64,000 nt of DNA from an uncultured Holophagales bacterium. GTDB taxonomy: Bacteria > Acidobacteriota > Thermoanaerobaculia > Multivoradales > UBA5704. The stretch lies in contig CAWJGT010000022.1 of NCBI GenBank assembly GCA_963842525.1, positions 1 through 64,000 of the forward strand, written 5' to 3'. Below, one piece after another: positions 29,723-40,875 of this stretch. Positions within the stretch are counted from its first letter, which is position 1; each line of letters starts with the position of its first letter. The notes below the pieces were generated by a model. It worked only from the letters and a program-made list of their open reading frames with translations, searched no databases and was not told the DNA's origin. The translations under genes were made by a program, and so were the position numbers.

Positions 29723-32515
29723 TTATCGGCCCGCCGTCTCTACAGCGCGGCGTGGGGCGGTGGCGTCTCCTCCGGCGGCGGCGGTGTCTCCTCGACCGCC
29801 GGGGCTGGCGGTGGCGTTGGGACCGGCACGGGTGCGGCGGGCGGCGGGGTCTCCGCGGGTGGGAGGGTTTCCGGCGGGCTGGGATGCGAAGGGCGGATGA
29901 GGATCGTGCCGTCCGCGTTCGGGTCCTCGCCCTCCACGGGCTCGATGTCGACCGGGCCGCGCCGGGAAAATCTGGGCCGGCGGGTAATCCTCGGTCGCCT
30001 CCTCCGGCAGCTCGACCGGCTCGAAGTCGGTCAGCGGCTCGCCCTCCGGGTTCTCTCCGCCGTAGCCGTAGGGGAGCGCTGCCACCCCCTCCTCATAGGC
30101 GCCGTAGGCTCCAGTGCCGTAGTAGCCGTTCAGCGGCTGCCCGGTTGCCGGATCGATCTGCGGCGCGTTGCTCATCCCCGCCCAGGTCTCCTGATAGCCC
30201 GGCTGATGGCGGTGGCAGGGCTCGGTCGGGACCTGCCAATCGGGGAGCAGCTCGGTGAGCCGGTACGTGCAGTACGGGGTGGCGAGCTGGCCCGTTGCCG
30301 GATCGATCGTCACCTCGGTCATGCCCGGCGGCGGTGTGAACGGGAGGTAGCCCCGGGCCGGACGCACCGTGGCCATGAAGCGGCTCCAGATCGGCAACGC
30401 GGCCCGCGCGCCCGAGAGCCGCGTCTTCGAGTTGTCGTCGTAGCCCACCCAGACCACCGTCACCCGGTCGGGGGCATAGCCCGCGAACCAACTGTCCCGG
30501 CGGTCGTTGGTCGTGCCCGTCTTGCCCGCCAGCGGGTCGCGCAGACCCCACTGGGCGGCGCCGGCTCCCGTGCCGTGCGCGACCGCGCCTTGCAGGATCG
30601 AGGTCACCAGATAGGCCGCCTGCGGCGGCAGCACGCGGCGCGGCGCCCCGAGGTCGTCGCCCAGGATCGCCTCGCCATAGCGGTCGAGGACGAGGGTCAG
30701 GCCATGGATGCGGGGCTGGGCGCCGTTGCTGGCCAGCGTGCCATAGACCTTGGCCATTTCGAGCGGGCTCGCCTCGAAGGAGCCCAGGGCGAGGGCCGGC
30801 ACCGCGTCGATGTTCCCTTCGATGCCAAGGTCGTGGGCCAGCTCGATGACCCGGTGCAGCCCCACCTGCAGGGCCAGCCGCACAGTGGGGATGTTCAGGC
30901 TCTGCTCCAGGGCGACGCGCGCGGTCACCCAGCCGCGGAAGCCGCGGTCGTAGTTCTGCGGCTTCCAGGGCCGGCCGCTGACCTTGACGGTGATCGGCGA
31001 GTCGCGCAGCAGCGTCGCCGGCGAGGCCACTGCCTCGGAGAACGCCGCCGCGTAGATGACCGGCTTGAAGGCGCTCCCCACCTGCCGGCGCGCCTGCGAG
31101 ACCCGGTCGAACTGGCTGACCTTGAAGTCGCGCCCGCCGACCCAGGAGAGGATCGAGCCGTCGCGCGGGTCGATGGAGACCAGCGCCGCCTGCAAGGGGT
31201 TCTCCTCATTGCGGCGCCGTTTCTCCCACCCGTTCTCCAGCGCGGCGAGCCCACGGGCCACCGCGGCCTCGGCCGCCCTCTGCTCGCGCCAGCCGATGGT
31301 GGAGAAGAGGACGTAGCCCTCGTCCGGCAGGTCGTCGACGTCGAACCGCTCTTCGGCTTCGGCCTGGGCAAACTTGGCGAAGTAGGCAGCCAGCGGGCGC
31401 GTCTGCACGGTCCGCGGGTCGACGACCAGCGGTTGCTGCCGGGCCCATCGTGCCCGCTCCTCCGGGACCGAGCCCAGCTCACCCATCCGCTCCAGCACCC
31501 AGTTGCGGCGCTCGATCGTCTCCTGGGGGTGCGAGACCGGCGAGTAGTCGCCCGGCGCACGGATCATGCCGGCGAGCGTGGCCGCCTCGGGAAGGGTGAG
31601 CTCCGTGGCGTCCTTGCCGAAATAGGTCCAGGCCGCGGCACCGAGGCCTATGATGTTGGCCGGCCCGCGATGACCCCAATAGATCTCGTTCAGATAGGCC
31701 TCCAGGATCGCCTGCTTGCCGTAGCGCGCCTCCAGCATCACGGCGATGACGGCTTCCTTGGCCTTGCGCTCGAGCGTCCGCTCGCTCGACAGGTAGACGT
31801 TCTTGACGAGCTGCTGGGTGATCGTGCTGCCCCCCTGCTGCAGCTCGCCGCCGCGGAGGTTCACCCAGAGGGCGCGGGCGATGCCGGGCACCGATACGCC
31901 GGGATGGACGAAGAAGGCGTCGTCCTCGGCCGCCAGCACCGCCTGGATCACATGCTCCGGCAGCTCGTCGAGGGCCACCGGCCGCCGCTCCTCCAGCTCG
32001 GGCCCGTAGAACGAGGCGAGCAGCGGTGGCTCCAGGACCGCGTTGCCCGCCGCCCGGCCGGCCACCTCCAGCCGGGAAATCCGGCCTTTGCGGAACTGGA
32101 CGGAGAGGGGGACGCCTCCCGCCATGCCCTCGGCGGTGGGGAACCGGCGCAGGTGGACGACGAGCTTGTCGTCGACGATCCGGAAGGTCCCGCGCTTCAG
32201 GGGAGCGTCCGCGCTCTGTGCCGGGCGGTAGCCCTGGCCCTTCAGCTCGGTGGCCAGGGCCTTGGCCGACAACGGATCGCCCGGGGCGAGGCGGCTCGCC
32301 TGCCCGTAGAGCCGCGACGGCTGGCGGAACGGCGCCGTGGGGAACTGCCGGGCGAGGTGCCAGAGGTAGATCACGGACGAGAACCCGGCCACGAAGAGCA
32401 GGCACGAGGCGATGAGCGCTGCGAGGACCGCGCGGCGGCGGGCCGGCGGCAGGAGGTAAAGATCGTCCCACAACGAGCGGAGGGACCTGGTGCGGACGTA
32501 GGCGGTGGTCTGCAT
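29723..32515 (-). CDS. mrcB: Bifunctional penicillin-binding protein (PBP1B-like)
   Basis: TM, UB2H-like region, EDDAF, GGSTITQQLVKN, SAFK, SLN, KTG; probable frameshift in the Pro-rich tail. Confidence 0.88.
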   Translation of the reverse strand: MQTTAYVRTRSLRSLWDDLYLLPPARRRAVLAALIASCLLFVAGFSSVIYLWHLARQFPTAPFRQPSRLYGQASRLAPGDPLSAKALATELKGQGYRPAQSADAPLKRGTFRIVDDKLVVHLRRFPTAEGMAGGVPLSVQFRKGRISRLEVAGRAAGNAVLEPPLLASFYGPELEERRPVALDELPEHVIQAVLAAEDDAFFVHPGVSVPGIARALWVNLRGGELQQGGSTITQQLVKNVYLSSERTLERKAKEAVIAVMLEARYGKQAILEAYLNEIYWGHRGPANIIGLGAAAWTYFGKDATELTLPEAATLAGMIRAPGDYSPVSHPQETIERRNWVLERMGELGSVPEERARWARQQPLVVDPRTVQTRPLAAYFAKFAQAEAEERFDVDDLPDEGYVLFSTIGWREQRAAEAAVARGLAALENGWEKRRRNEENPLQAALVSIDPRDGSILSWVGGRDFKVSQFDRVSQARRQVGSAFKPVIYAAAFSEAVASPATLLRDSPITVKVSGRPWKPQNYDRGFRGWVTARVALEQSLNIPTVRLALQVGLHRVIELAHDLGIEGNIDAVPALALGSFEASPLEMAKVYGTLASNGAQPRIHGLTLVLDRYGEAILGDDLGAPRRVLPPQAAYLVTSILQGAVAHGTGAGAAQWGLRDPLAGKTGTTNDRRDSWFAGYAPDRVTVVWVGYDDNSKTRLSGARAALPIWSRFMATVRPARGYLPFTPPPGMTEVTIDPATGQLATPYCTYRLTELLPDWQVPTEPCHRHQPGYQETWAGMSNAPQIDPATGQPLNGYYGTGAYGAYEEGVAALPYGYGGENPEGEPLTDFEPVELPEEATEDYPPAQIFPARPGRHRARGGRGPERGRHDPHPPFASQPAGNPPTRGDPAARRTRAGPNATASPGGRGDTAAAGGDATAPRRAVETAGR

Positions 32516-32636
32516 GATGTTTTTCCTGGGAGAGCCTCGCCGGTCGGCCGGTTCGCTCCACCTGGCGCTGGGGTAAGGCAAGGGCCGTGCCACCCACCGG
32601 CAGACGTGACATGATGGTCTGGAAGGAGGTGTGGCG

Positions 32637-32963
32637 ATGGGTGATCTGGCATCCCGGACGTGCAAGCCCTGCGAGGGGGACACCCCCGCGCTGCGGGGAG
32701 AGGAGCTGAGGAAGCTCTACAGCCAGCTCGAAGGCTGGACCCTGGTCAGCGAGCACCACATCGAGAAGGAATACCGCTTCCCGGACTTCCGCGAGGCCCT
32801 GGCCTTCGTCAACCGGCTCGGAGAGATCGCCGAGCAGGAAGGGCACCACCCCGACATCTTCCTCACCTGGGGCAAGGTCCAGGTCACGCTCTGGACCCAC
32901 TCGGTCGGTGGGCTCTCCGAGAACGACTTCATCCTGGCAGCGAAGGCGGACGCGGCGGTCTAG
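32637..32963 (+). CDS. phhB: Pterin-4a-carbinolamine dehydratase
   Basis: AEQEGHHPDI...WTHSVGGLSENDFILAAK. Confidence 0.92.
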   Translation: MGDLASRTCKPCEGDTPALRGEELRKLYSQLEGWTLVSEHHIEKEYRFPDFREALAFVNRLGEIAEQEGHHPDIFLTWGKVQVTLWTHSVGGLSENDFILAAKADAAV

Positions 32964-35128
32964 GAGGCCGCGCCGGCGCCGCGAGCCAGGCTGGCCACGA
33001 TCGCTGTGACGTCGTGGATCTGCACCGGCTTGGCGAGGTGCATCTGGAAACCGGCATGCAGGGCCCGCCGGCGGTCTTCGCCGCGCGCGTAGGCGGTGAG
33101 CGCGGCGGCCGGGATCGTACCCCCCTGCTCGGCAGGCAGCTCCCGGACCTGCCGGATCAGGGCGTAGCCGTCCTGCTCCGGCATGCCGATGTCGCAGAGC
33201 AGCACGTGCGGCCGGAACCGCGGCAGCACCGCAAGGGCCTCGCCGGCCGAGCCCACCGCCAGCGTCTCGGCATCGCAGTGCGCCAGCATCTCGGTCAGCG
33301 TCTCGCGGGTGTCCGCCTCGTCGTCGACGACCAGGACGCGGACGCCCCGCAGGCTCAGGGCCGGGTTTTCCCGGCAGTCTGCGCCCTCGACCTCGACCCG
33401 CGGGTGGACCCTCTCCTGCGGGTCCTGCTCCAGATGGGCGACCGACAACGGCAGGCGGACGACGAAGGTCGCGCCTTGGCCCTCTCCCGGGCTGCGGGCC
33501 TCCACCGTGCCGCCGTGCAGCTCGACCAGGTGGCGCACGATGGCCAGCCCCAGGCCGAGCCCGCCGTGCTGCCGCGTCGTCGAGCTGTCGGCCTGGAGGA
33601 AGCGGTCGAAGACCAGCGGCAGCAGATCCTCGCGGATGCCGATCCCGGTGTCGGCCACCACGATCTCGACGTGGGAGTCGACCCGCTCCAGGCGGACCTC
33701 GACCCGTCCTCCCTTGGGCGTGAAGCGGACCGCGTTGGCGAGCAGGTTCCAGGCCACCTGCTGCAGGCGGTCGGAGTCGCCCGCCACCGGTCCGGCCTGC
33801 GGGTCGAGCAGGCGTACCAGACGGATCTGCCGGGCCTCGGCAGCCGGCCGGACCGCCTCGACGGCGGCCTCGATCACCGGCACCAGGTCGATCGTCCGCA
33901 CGTCGAGCCGCATCTTGCCCGAAATGATGCGCGACACGTCGAGCAGGTCGTCGATGAGCTGCGTCTGGAGCCTGGCGTTGCGGATGATCGTTTCGAGGCC
34001 GCGCTGGAGCCTCTCGGGCTCCGGGCTCGCCTGGAGGAGCTGCGCCCAGCCCAGCATGGCGTTCAACGGCGTGCGCAGCTCGTGCGAGACGGTGGCGAGG
34101 AACTCGTCCTTGCTGCGGCTGGCCGCCTCCGCGGCGGCCCGGGCCTCGCGCGCCTGCCGGTAGAGGCGGGCGTTGTCGACGGCGATCGCGGCGTGCACCG
34201 CGATGCGGGAGAGGATGCGCTCCGCGCGCTCGTCGAACATCCCCGGCTCGGGGTGGCCCAAGAACAGACCGCCCAGCACCTCGCCCGAGCGCGAGACCAC
34301 CGGCGCGGCCAGATAGCTGCGCACCGGCAGATGCCCCGGCGGCATGCCGCTGTACGGCGCGTTCTTCCCATAGCGGGGATCGCGCAGGATGTCGTCGCTG
34401 CGCACGATCCCTTCGCCCCGGAAGGTCGGCCCGAAGACCGCGGTGTTGCGCGGCATGGGAAAGCTGGCGAACGCCTCGCGCGGCGCTCCCGAGAGGGCGT
34501 AGAGCGTGTAGCTCTCCCCCCGTTCGCCGATCACGTTGTAGAAGAAGGCACCGAACCCGGCGCCGGTGACCGCGGTCGCCTCGTCGGTCAGCACCTGGAC
34601 GAGCCGCTCGAGGTCGAGCTCCGCAGCCAGCAGGCGGGCGATGCGGACCATGGTCACCTGCTCGTCCAGCAGGTGCCGCACCTCCTCATCGTCCTGCTGC
34701 ACCTCCTCCTGCACCAGCCGCAAGCTCTGCGCCTGCCGCAGGTGCTCCTGCGCCGCGGTCTCGATCTGGCGCCGCGACCGGTGCAGCGCCTCCAGGAGCA
34801 GCGAGATCAGTGTTCCCAACGCCGTGAACAGCGCGATCTGGAGAGCGTGGGACGGCGAGAGCGGGAAGAAGGAGAGCGCCGGCGGTACGAACAGGTACCA
34901 GGCCACGATTGCCGAGAGCGCCGTGGCGAGCAGCCCAGGGCCCAGCCCGCCGATCCAGCCGCCCAGCATCACCGCGGGAAAGAAGAGGATGAACGGCACA
35001 CCCGGCCCCAGCAGCGGGTCGAGCAGCCAGCGGAGGAGCGCCAGCACCGCCACGGCGAGGACCGCGGCACCGTAGCGCAGCAGGGGATTTTCTTTGTCGG
35101 AAGCGGTTGGGAGAGGAGGCAGGGCCAT
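32960..35128 (-). CDS. Hybrid sensor kinase (DUF4118-GAF-HisKA-HATPase-REC)
   Basis: VSHELRTPL, NLLANAVRFT, GLGLGL, VLVVDD, CDIGMP. Confidence 0.93.
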   Translation of the reverse strand: MALPPLPTASDKENPLLRYGAAVLAVAVLALLRWLLDPLLGPGVPFILFFPAVMLGGWIGGLGPGLLATALSAIVAWYLFVPPALSFFPLSPSHALQIALFTALGTLISLLLEALHRSRRQIETAAQEHLRQAQSLRLVQEEVQQDDEEVRHLLDEQVTMVRIARLLAAELDLERLVQVLTDEATAVTGAGFGAFFYNVIGERGESYTLYALSGAPREAFASFPMPRNTAVFGPTFRGEGIVRSDDILRDPRYGKNAPYSGMPPGHLPVRSYLAAPVVSRSGEVLGGLFLGHPEPGMFDERAERILSRIAVHAAIAVDNARLYRQAREARAAAEAASRSKDEFLATVSHELRTPLNAMLGWAQLLQASPEPERLQRGLETIIRNARLQTQLIDDLLDVSRIISGKMRLDVRTIDLVPVIEAAVEAVRPAAEARQIRLVRLLDPQAGPVAGDSDRLQQVAWNLLANAVRFTPKGGRVEVRLERVDSHVEIVVADTGIGIREDLLPLVFDRFLQADSSTTRQHGGLGLGLAIVRHLVELHGGTVEARSPGEGQGATFVVRLPLSVAHLEQDPQERVHPRVEVEGADCRENPALSLRGVRVLVVDDEADTRETLTEMLAHCDAETLAVGSAGEALAVLPRFRPHVLLCDIGMPEQDGYALIRQVRELPAEQGGTIPAAALTAYARGEDRRRALHAGFQMHLAKPVQIHDVTAIVASLARGAGAAS

Positions 35129-35177
35129 GGCAGCTTACATCGATGGGCGTCGATGAAAGCAAGAAGGGTGCCGGGGT

Positions 35178-35443
35178 CCTCACCCCCTGTCCCCCTCTCC
35201 CATCTACCACCCTCCCTTCCCCGGGAGAGGGGGGACGTTGTTGATGCCCCTGTGGCGAGCTCGCGGAATGGCTCCGGATGCGTCCCCCCTCTCCCGGCGG
35301 GGGATGGAAGGGAGATGGGAGAGGGGGACAGGGGGTGAGGACCTACGCCGCGGGCTCGCCACCTGCGCCCCGCCTGCGTCCCCCCTCTCCCGCTCGGGGC
35401 GGGGGGTGGTGGACGCGCGGGGGAGGGGTCGGGGGAGGGGGCC
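35178..35443. repeat. REP-like repeats: an inverted pair plus a third copy
   Basis: CCTCACCCCCTGTCCCCCTCTCCC...GGGAGAGGGGG at 35178-35236, inverted at 35283-35340, third copy at 35379-35443. Confidence 0.85.
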
Positions 35444-37580
35444 TACGCCGACGGCATCCGGCAGGTGTCGCCGCCGGCGGCCGGGAGATAGCACTGCCGG
35501 ACGTAGTCGATCACCATGCGGTCCGCGTTGTAGCGCCAGGCGAGCGTCCGCATCGCCCGCTTGACGCGGCGGATCCAGCCCTGGGGAATGCCCGCCTCGT
35601 CGCGGTGGTAGTAGAGCGGGCACCACCTCGTTCTCCAGCGTCGCGAAGAGCGCCAGCGCGTCGCGCTCGTCCTGCACGTCGGGATTGGCGTGGATCTCGC
35701 CGCGGCCCACGGCGAAGCCGTTGCCGCCGTCGTAGCGCCTCGGCCCACCAGCCGTCGAGGATCGAGCAGTTGAGCACGCCGTTCAGGATGCACTTCTGGC
35801 CGCTCGTGCCGCAGGCCTCCAGCGGCCGGCGCGGCGTGTTGAGCCAGGCGTCGACCCCCTGCACGAGCTGCCGGCCGACGTGCATCGAATAGTTCTCCAC
35901 GAACACCACCCTGCCCGCGAAGCGCGGGTCCTTCTCCAGGTTGGAGACCCGCTGCGCCAGCGCCTTGCCGCCCGTGTCGCGCGGGTGGGCCTTGCCGGCG
36001 AACACGATCTGCAAGGGCCGCTCGGGGTCGTTGACCAGGCGGTCGAGCCGGTCGAGGTCCTGGAACAGGATGTCCGACCGCTTGTAGGTGGCGAAGCGGC
36101 GGGCGAAGCCGAGGGTGAGCGCGTCGGAGCGGAGCGGCTCGCGCTCCGGGGCGGGCAGCCCGAGGCGTGCGCGGCGGTCGGCGAGGCGGCCCCGCACGAA
36201 GGTGAGCAGGCGCGACTTGAGCACCTGATGCACCTCCCAGAGCTCGGCGTCGGCGACCTTCTCCGGTCGCCGTCCACAGGTCGGGCCGGCAGAGCGATTC
36301 GAGCCAGTGCGGGCCCAGAGCGGAGGCCAGCAGGTTGTGCATGTCGGCCGCCAGCCAGGTGCGCACGTGGACGCCGTTGGTGATGTGGCCGATCGGCACC
36401 TCCTCTTCGGTCCGGCTCGGATAGAGGTGGTGCCACATCCGGCGCGACACGCGGCCGTGCAGGGCCGACACGCCGTTGCTGCGCCGGGTGAGGTGGAGCG
36501 CCAGCACCGTCGGGCAGAACGGCGACGCCGGATCGTTCGGGAACTCGGCGCCGAGCGCCACGACCCGGTCGAGGGGCATGCCGAGGCCGGCGGCGAGCGC
36601 CTCCAGGTACCGGCCGGCGAGGTCGGTCTGGAAGCGGTCGTGCCCGGCCTCGACCGGCGTGTGGGTCGTGAACACGCTGGTCGCCGCCACCTCGCGCAGC
36701 GCGTCGTCCGCGGAGAGCCCCTGCTGCTCCACGATCTGGCGCGCCCGCTCGAGCAGGGCGAAGGCGGAGTGCCCTTCGTTCAGATGGAGCACCGAGGGCT
36801 TGATCCCCAACCGGCCGAGAGCGCGGTAGCCGCCGACGCCGAGCAGGACCTCCTGCTGGATGCGCGTCTCCTGGTCGCCGCCGTAGAGGCGCGCCGTCAG
36901 CTCCTGGTCCGTCGGGCGCGTTGGCGTCGTCACGCGCGTCGAGCAGCAGGAGCCGGCTGCGGCCGGCCGCCACGCCCCAGAGGCGGACCCAGACGTTGCG
37001 GCCCGGCAGCTCGACCGCGAAGCGCACCTGCTGCCCGTCCGCGCCAAGCACGGGAGCGGCCGGCAGCTCCGCCCCGGAGATCGGCTCGTAGATGTCCTGC
37101 TGCCAGCCGTTTTCGTCGATGAGCTGGTGGACATAGCCCTCGTTGTAGAGGAGCCCCACCGCCGACCACCGGCACGCCGAGGTCGCTCATGCTCTTCAGG
37201 TGGTCGCCGGCCAGCACGCCCAGGCCGCCGGAATAGATCGGCAGCGACTGGTGCAGGCCGAACTCGGCCGAGAAGTACGCCACCGGGAAGGCGAGCAACG
37301 GGCCGGCATGGGTCGTGCCCCAGTGATCGGCGCCCAGGAGGTATTGCTGGAGCTGCCGGTGCGCCTGGTTGATGCGGGCCTGCATCTCGAGGTCCTGGAC
37401 GCGGCGGGTGATCTCCTCCTCGCTCACGCGCTGCAGGAGGGCGACGGGGTTGTGGTGGACCACGCTCCAGACCTCGGGAGCGATCTCCCGGAAGATGGCG
37501 CGGATCTCGGGCTGCCAGGACCACCAGAGGTTCTGCGCCAGCTCGCGCAGCTTCTGGATGGTGCCGTTGGATTCGGTCAT
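35443..37580 (-). CDS. glgP: Alpha-glucan phosphorylase (several frameshifts)
   Basis: [48 protein letters not shown]. Confidence 0.92.
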
Positions 37581-37706
37581 GAAGTCCTCTCTCCCTCGCT
37601 CCAAGGCGACGCTTCCCCGGGCGGTCCCTGGACGGTTCCGCGCAGCACGCTGCGACCGCTCGGGTGGAAGGACCGACTATAGCGCGAAGGCGGGGGTGTG
37701 CCGAAA

Positions 37707-37760
37707 CCCTCACCCCCGGCCCCTCTCCCATCCGCACTCCCTTCCCCCGGGAAGGGGAGA
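37707..37760 (+). repeat. REP-like repeat
   Basis: CCCTCACCCCCGGCCCCTCTCCC...GGGAAGGGGAG. Confidence 0.8.
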
Positions 37761-37774
37761 AATGCATGATCAGA

Positions 37775-38035
37775 TTCCGGTCCCAAACCTGCCAGCGGAC
37801 CTGCGAAACGCGTCACGCGGATCGCGGCCCGCATGGCGGGGACCACGGTCCCCGCGACCGGACCCGCCGGTCCTGAGCGAGATTGGCGGTCCGCGCCGCT
37901 GGGACCATGCTCCCTGTCACTGGACCCATGCTCCGCATCACGCGTTTCGCGGTCCCAGCGACACGGATCACGAAACCCAGGCGAGCTTGGCGGTCCCAGT
38001 CACAGGGATCGCGGTCCGAGGGGCAGGGAGCGCCA
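37775..38035. repeat. Degenerate ~21-bp array (GGTCCC/GGACC-rich)
   Basis: Recurrent GCGGTCC and GGACCATGCTCC units. Confidence 0.55.
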
Positions 38036-38072
38036 AGGGACAGGGGGGAGGCTCCGGTGGTAGATTCCCCTC

Positions 38073-39216
38073 GTGCCTCCCTCCGCCCGACCCGTGCTCT
38101 CGACCCGCCGCCGCTGGGTCCTCGCCATCGCGTTGACAGCCCTGGCTCTGGCCGTCTGCGCGCTCGCCGCGCGCAGTGTCGCGGCGCTCGGGACGCGGAT
38201 TGACATGCCCACCGGATCGGCGCAGTGGATCTGGGTGGCGCGCGATTGGCGCGACCTCACCCCGGTGGCATTTTACGCTGTCCACGACTTCGATCTGGAT
38301 GATTCCCGCGAGCCACCGGCCCGGGCGCGGCTGCTGGCCATGGCCGACGAGGAGTACGACCTCTCGCTCAATGGCCGCCGGGTCGGCACGGGGCGCTGGC
38401 AGCCGGGAGGCGGCCTGGACGCCTACGAGGTCGGCTCCCTCCTCCAGCCGGGGCTCAACCGCCTGATGGCCGAGCTGCGCAGCGACAGCGGGTCCGGCGG
38501 CTTCCTCGCCAGCCTCAACGACCCGGCGAGCGGCCGGCAGCTCGTGGGCACCGACGAGCGCTGGAGGATCGTGCGGCGCCACGAGCTCGGCCTGGTGCGT
38601 GGCTGGCTGCCGCTCGCGGGGCCGGGCTCCGTCGCCACCGAGCCCGCCTTCTGCCTCGGCCGTCCGCCCACCGGGCGCTGGGGCCGTCCGGCGGTCGGAC
38701 CTCCGAAGCCGCTGGACGCCGGCCTCCTCCGCGGCCGTCCGGTCCCGGCCGTCTCGGCACGCCACGTCCGTTTCGCGAGCCGCGTACCGGAAAGGCCGCA
38801 GCCGCCGCAGATCCTGTTCGACTGGGGGCGCGAGGTCGTCGGCTACCTCGAGCTCGAAATGCCGCGCTCCGACCGCCTGGGCATGGCCCTCCTGTTCACC
38901 GGCCTGGCGCCACCCGATCCGCTCGCCGGGCCGCCGGCAGCAGACATCCTGGTCATACCTGGGAAGGACCGCTGGCTCGACGCCCAGCCGCGCCGGTTCC
39001 GCTATGCGCTGGTCGTGGGAGCGCCCGGCCCGCGGGGAAGCTCGAATGCTGCCTGTCGACGAGGCGGCGCTCGGCCGGTTTCCGCCGCCGCGCGCGGCGG
39101 CCCCGGTCCGCGGCGTGCTGGGGATCGTGCCGCCGCCGCTACGAACGCCGGTGGAGGACGAAGTCTGGCGCGAGCTCGAGGGCGTCCCGGGCGTCGCCGG
39201 GCGGGAAGAACCCTAG
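38073..39216 (+). CDS. Exported protein with rhamnosidase N-terminal-like domains (frameshift near 39040)
   Basis: AQWIW, ADEEYDLSLNG, TDERW, LFDWGREVVGY, RFRY. Confidence 0.7.
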
Positions 39217-40173
39217 CTCCCGCTTCGCCTGGGCCGCGTACCCTTCGGCCATCTCCCGGACCTCCTCCAGCGTCCCCTCGGCGCGCACCAGGCCGAGGAT
39301 CTCCTCCGGCGCGACGCGGGAGAAGCTGCGGTCCTCGAGAACCATCTCGACCCGCCGCCGGTCGGCCGTGGCCACGCGCGGCAGCAGCAGGAGGAGCGGC
39401 AGCGTGAGCTTGCCCTCTTTCAAATCCGAGAGCACCGGCTTGCCGAGCTCGCTCTCGCGTGCCGTGAAGTCGAGAAGGTCATCCACGAGCTGGAAACAGG
39501 TGCCGAGGGCGCGGCCGTAGCGGGCGAGGATCTGGCCGGCGTCCGGGCGCTGCGGCGGGATCAGGCTGGGGATCGAGCAGGCGGCGGCGAAGAGGTATGC
39601 CGTCTTGCGGTCGATGATCGAGAAGTACTCGTCGACCGGCAGGTCGACGGCGCCGAGGCGCTGGAAGGCGAGCAGCTCCCCTTCGGTCATGCGCAGCGTG
39701 GCATCGCAGAGGCGGCGGATGACCTCGATCTCGCCGTGGTGCAGCGCCATCTGCATCGCCTTGGTGTAGAGCCAGTCGCCCAGCAGGACTGTCAGGTTGT
39801 TCCCCCACAGGTTGTTGAGCGTGGGCTGGCCGCGCCGCAGCGACGCGTGGTCGATGATGTCGTCGTGGATCAGCGTGGCGGTATGAATGAGCTCGATGAC
39901 CGCGCCATAGGTGACCTCCTCGTCGCTGTCGTGCCCGAGCAGGCGGGCCGAGAGGAGCAGCAGTGCGGGGCGGATGCGCTTGCCGCCGCCCTGGGAGATG
40001 TAGTCGCCCGCCAGGTGGATGAAGGGGACGTCCGAGTCGAGGTTCTCGCGGAAGACCTCCTCGGTGGCCACCAGCTTGTCGGCGATCAGCTCGAGGAAGC
40101 GGGCGGCGAGGGCCCGCGGCGGGACGGTGTCCTCCGGAGGAGGCGCGATATTGGTGAGCGGTTGGTTCTGCAC
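39139..40173 (-). CDS. Polyprenyl diphosphate synthase
   Basis: GKRIRP, HDDIID...RRG, KTAYLF, FQLVDDLLD. Confidence 0.93.
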   Translation of the reverse strand: MQNQPLTNIAPPPEDTVPPRALAARFLELIADKLVATEEVFRENLDSDVPFIHLAGDYISQGGGKRIRPALLLLSARLLGHDSDEEVTYGAVIELIHTATLIHDDIIDHASLRRGQPTLNNLWGNNLTVLLGDWLYTKAMQMALHHGEIEVIRRLCDATLRMTEGELLAFQRLGAVDLPVDEYFSIIDRKTAYLFAAACSIPSLIPPQRPDAGQILARYGRALGTCFQLVDDLLDFTARESELGKPVLSDLKEGKLTLPLLLLLPRVATADRRRVEMVLEDRSFSRVAPEEILGLVRAEGTLEEVREMAEGYAAQAKRELGFFPPGDARDALELAPDFVLHRRS

Positions 40174-40203
40174 CTGGGGTGGTCCTTGGAGGGGGTTGGC
40201 CCG

Positions 40204-40875
40204 TCAGGGATCCTTGACGGGTTCGAACGGGACCACCTGCTCCAGGCGGCCGTCCCGGAAGCGGTAGACGCGGCCGGCGTCGAAATACCACCAGGAGACC
40301 TCCATCCACCCGGGATACTGCACCCGCTCCACCTTGTCGGGACGGCCCATCTCGCCATAGACCCGCTGCTCGTCGGCGCTCTTCACCGAGGCCATGAACT
40401 CGCGCAGCGCGCGGACGAACTGCGAATTCTGGACGACGATCGCCGAGACCACCGGGCTGCCCGCCAGGGCGCGCCGGGTCACGTCCGTCCGCTCGAGCTC
40501 CTCCAGGCGCTCGTCCTGCGCCTTGCGCACGGGCACGCCGACGACCAGCTCGAAATGGTTGAAATAGCTGTCCCAGGGCCAGTCCAGGGAGTACTCTCCC
40601 TGGCCGTTGGTCGTCGTGCTCACCCGCCGCATCTCGGCCTGCTCGCGCCGCAGGTGGCGCAGGCTGAAATACGTGCGGGAGGCTTCGAGGGCCACCCGCA
40701 CATTGGCGAGCGGCTGCCCCTCGCGGTCGGTGACCACGCCGGTGAACTGAACGCGCTCTCCCTGGGCATACGAGGCCGCGGCGAGCGGCGAGATGCTCGG
40801 CATCAGGCCGGTCGCGAGCAGCGAGGCGACCAGCAGGAGCCGGAGGAGCGGGGACTTCTGGGAGCGGGCTCTCAC
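40204..40875 (-). CDS. Exported protein with a carboxypeptidase-regulatory-like domain
   Basis: Signal peptide; TGVVTDREGQPLANVRV...TTNGQGEY. Confidence 0.75.
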   Translation of the reverse strand: MRARSQKSPLLRLLLVASLLATGLMPSISPLAAASYAQGERVQFTGVVTDREGQPLANVRVALEASRTYFSLRHLRREQAEMRRVSTTTNGQGEYSLDWPWDSYFNHFELVVGVPVRKAQDERLEELERTDVTRRALAGSPVVSAIVVQNSQFVRALREFMASVKSADEQRVYGEMGRPDKVERVQYPGWMEVSWWYFDAGRVYRFRDGRLEQVVPFEPVKDP

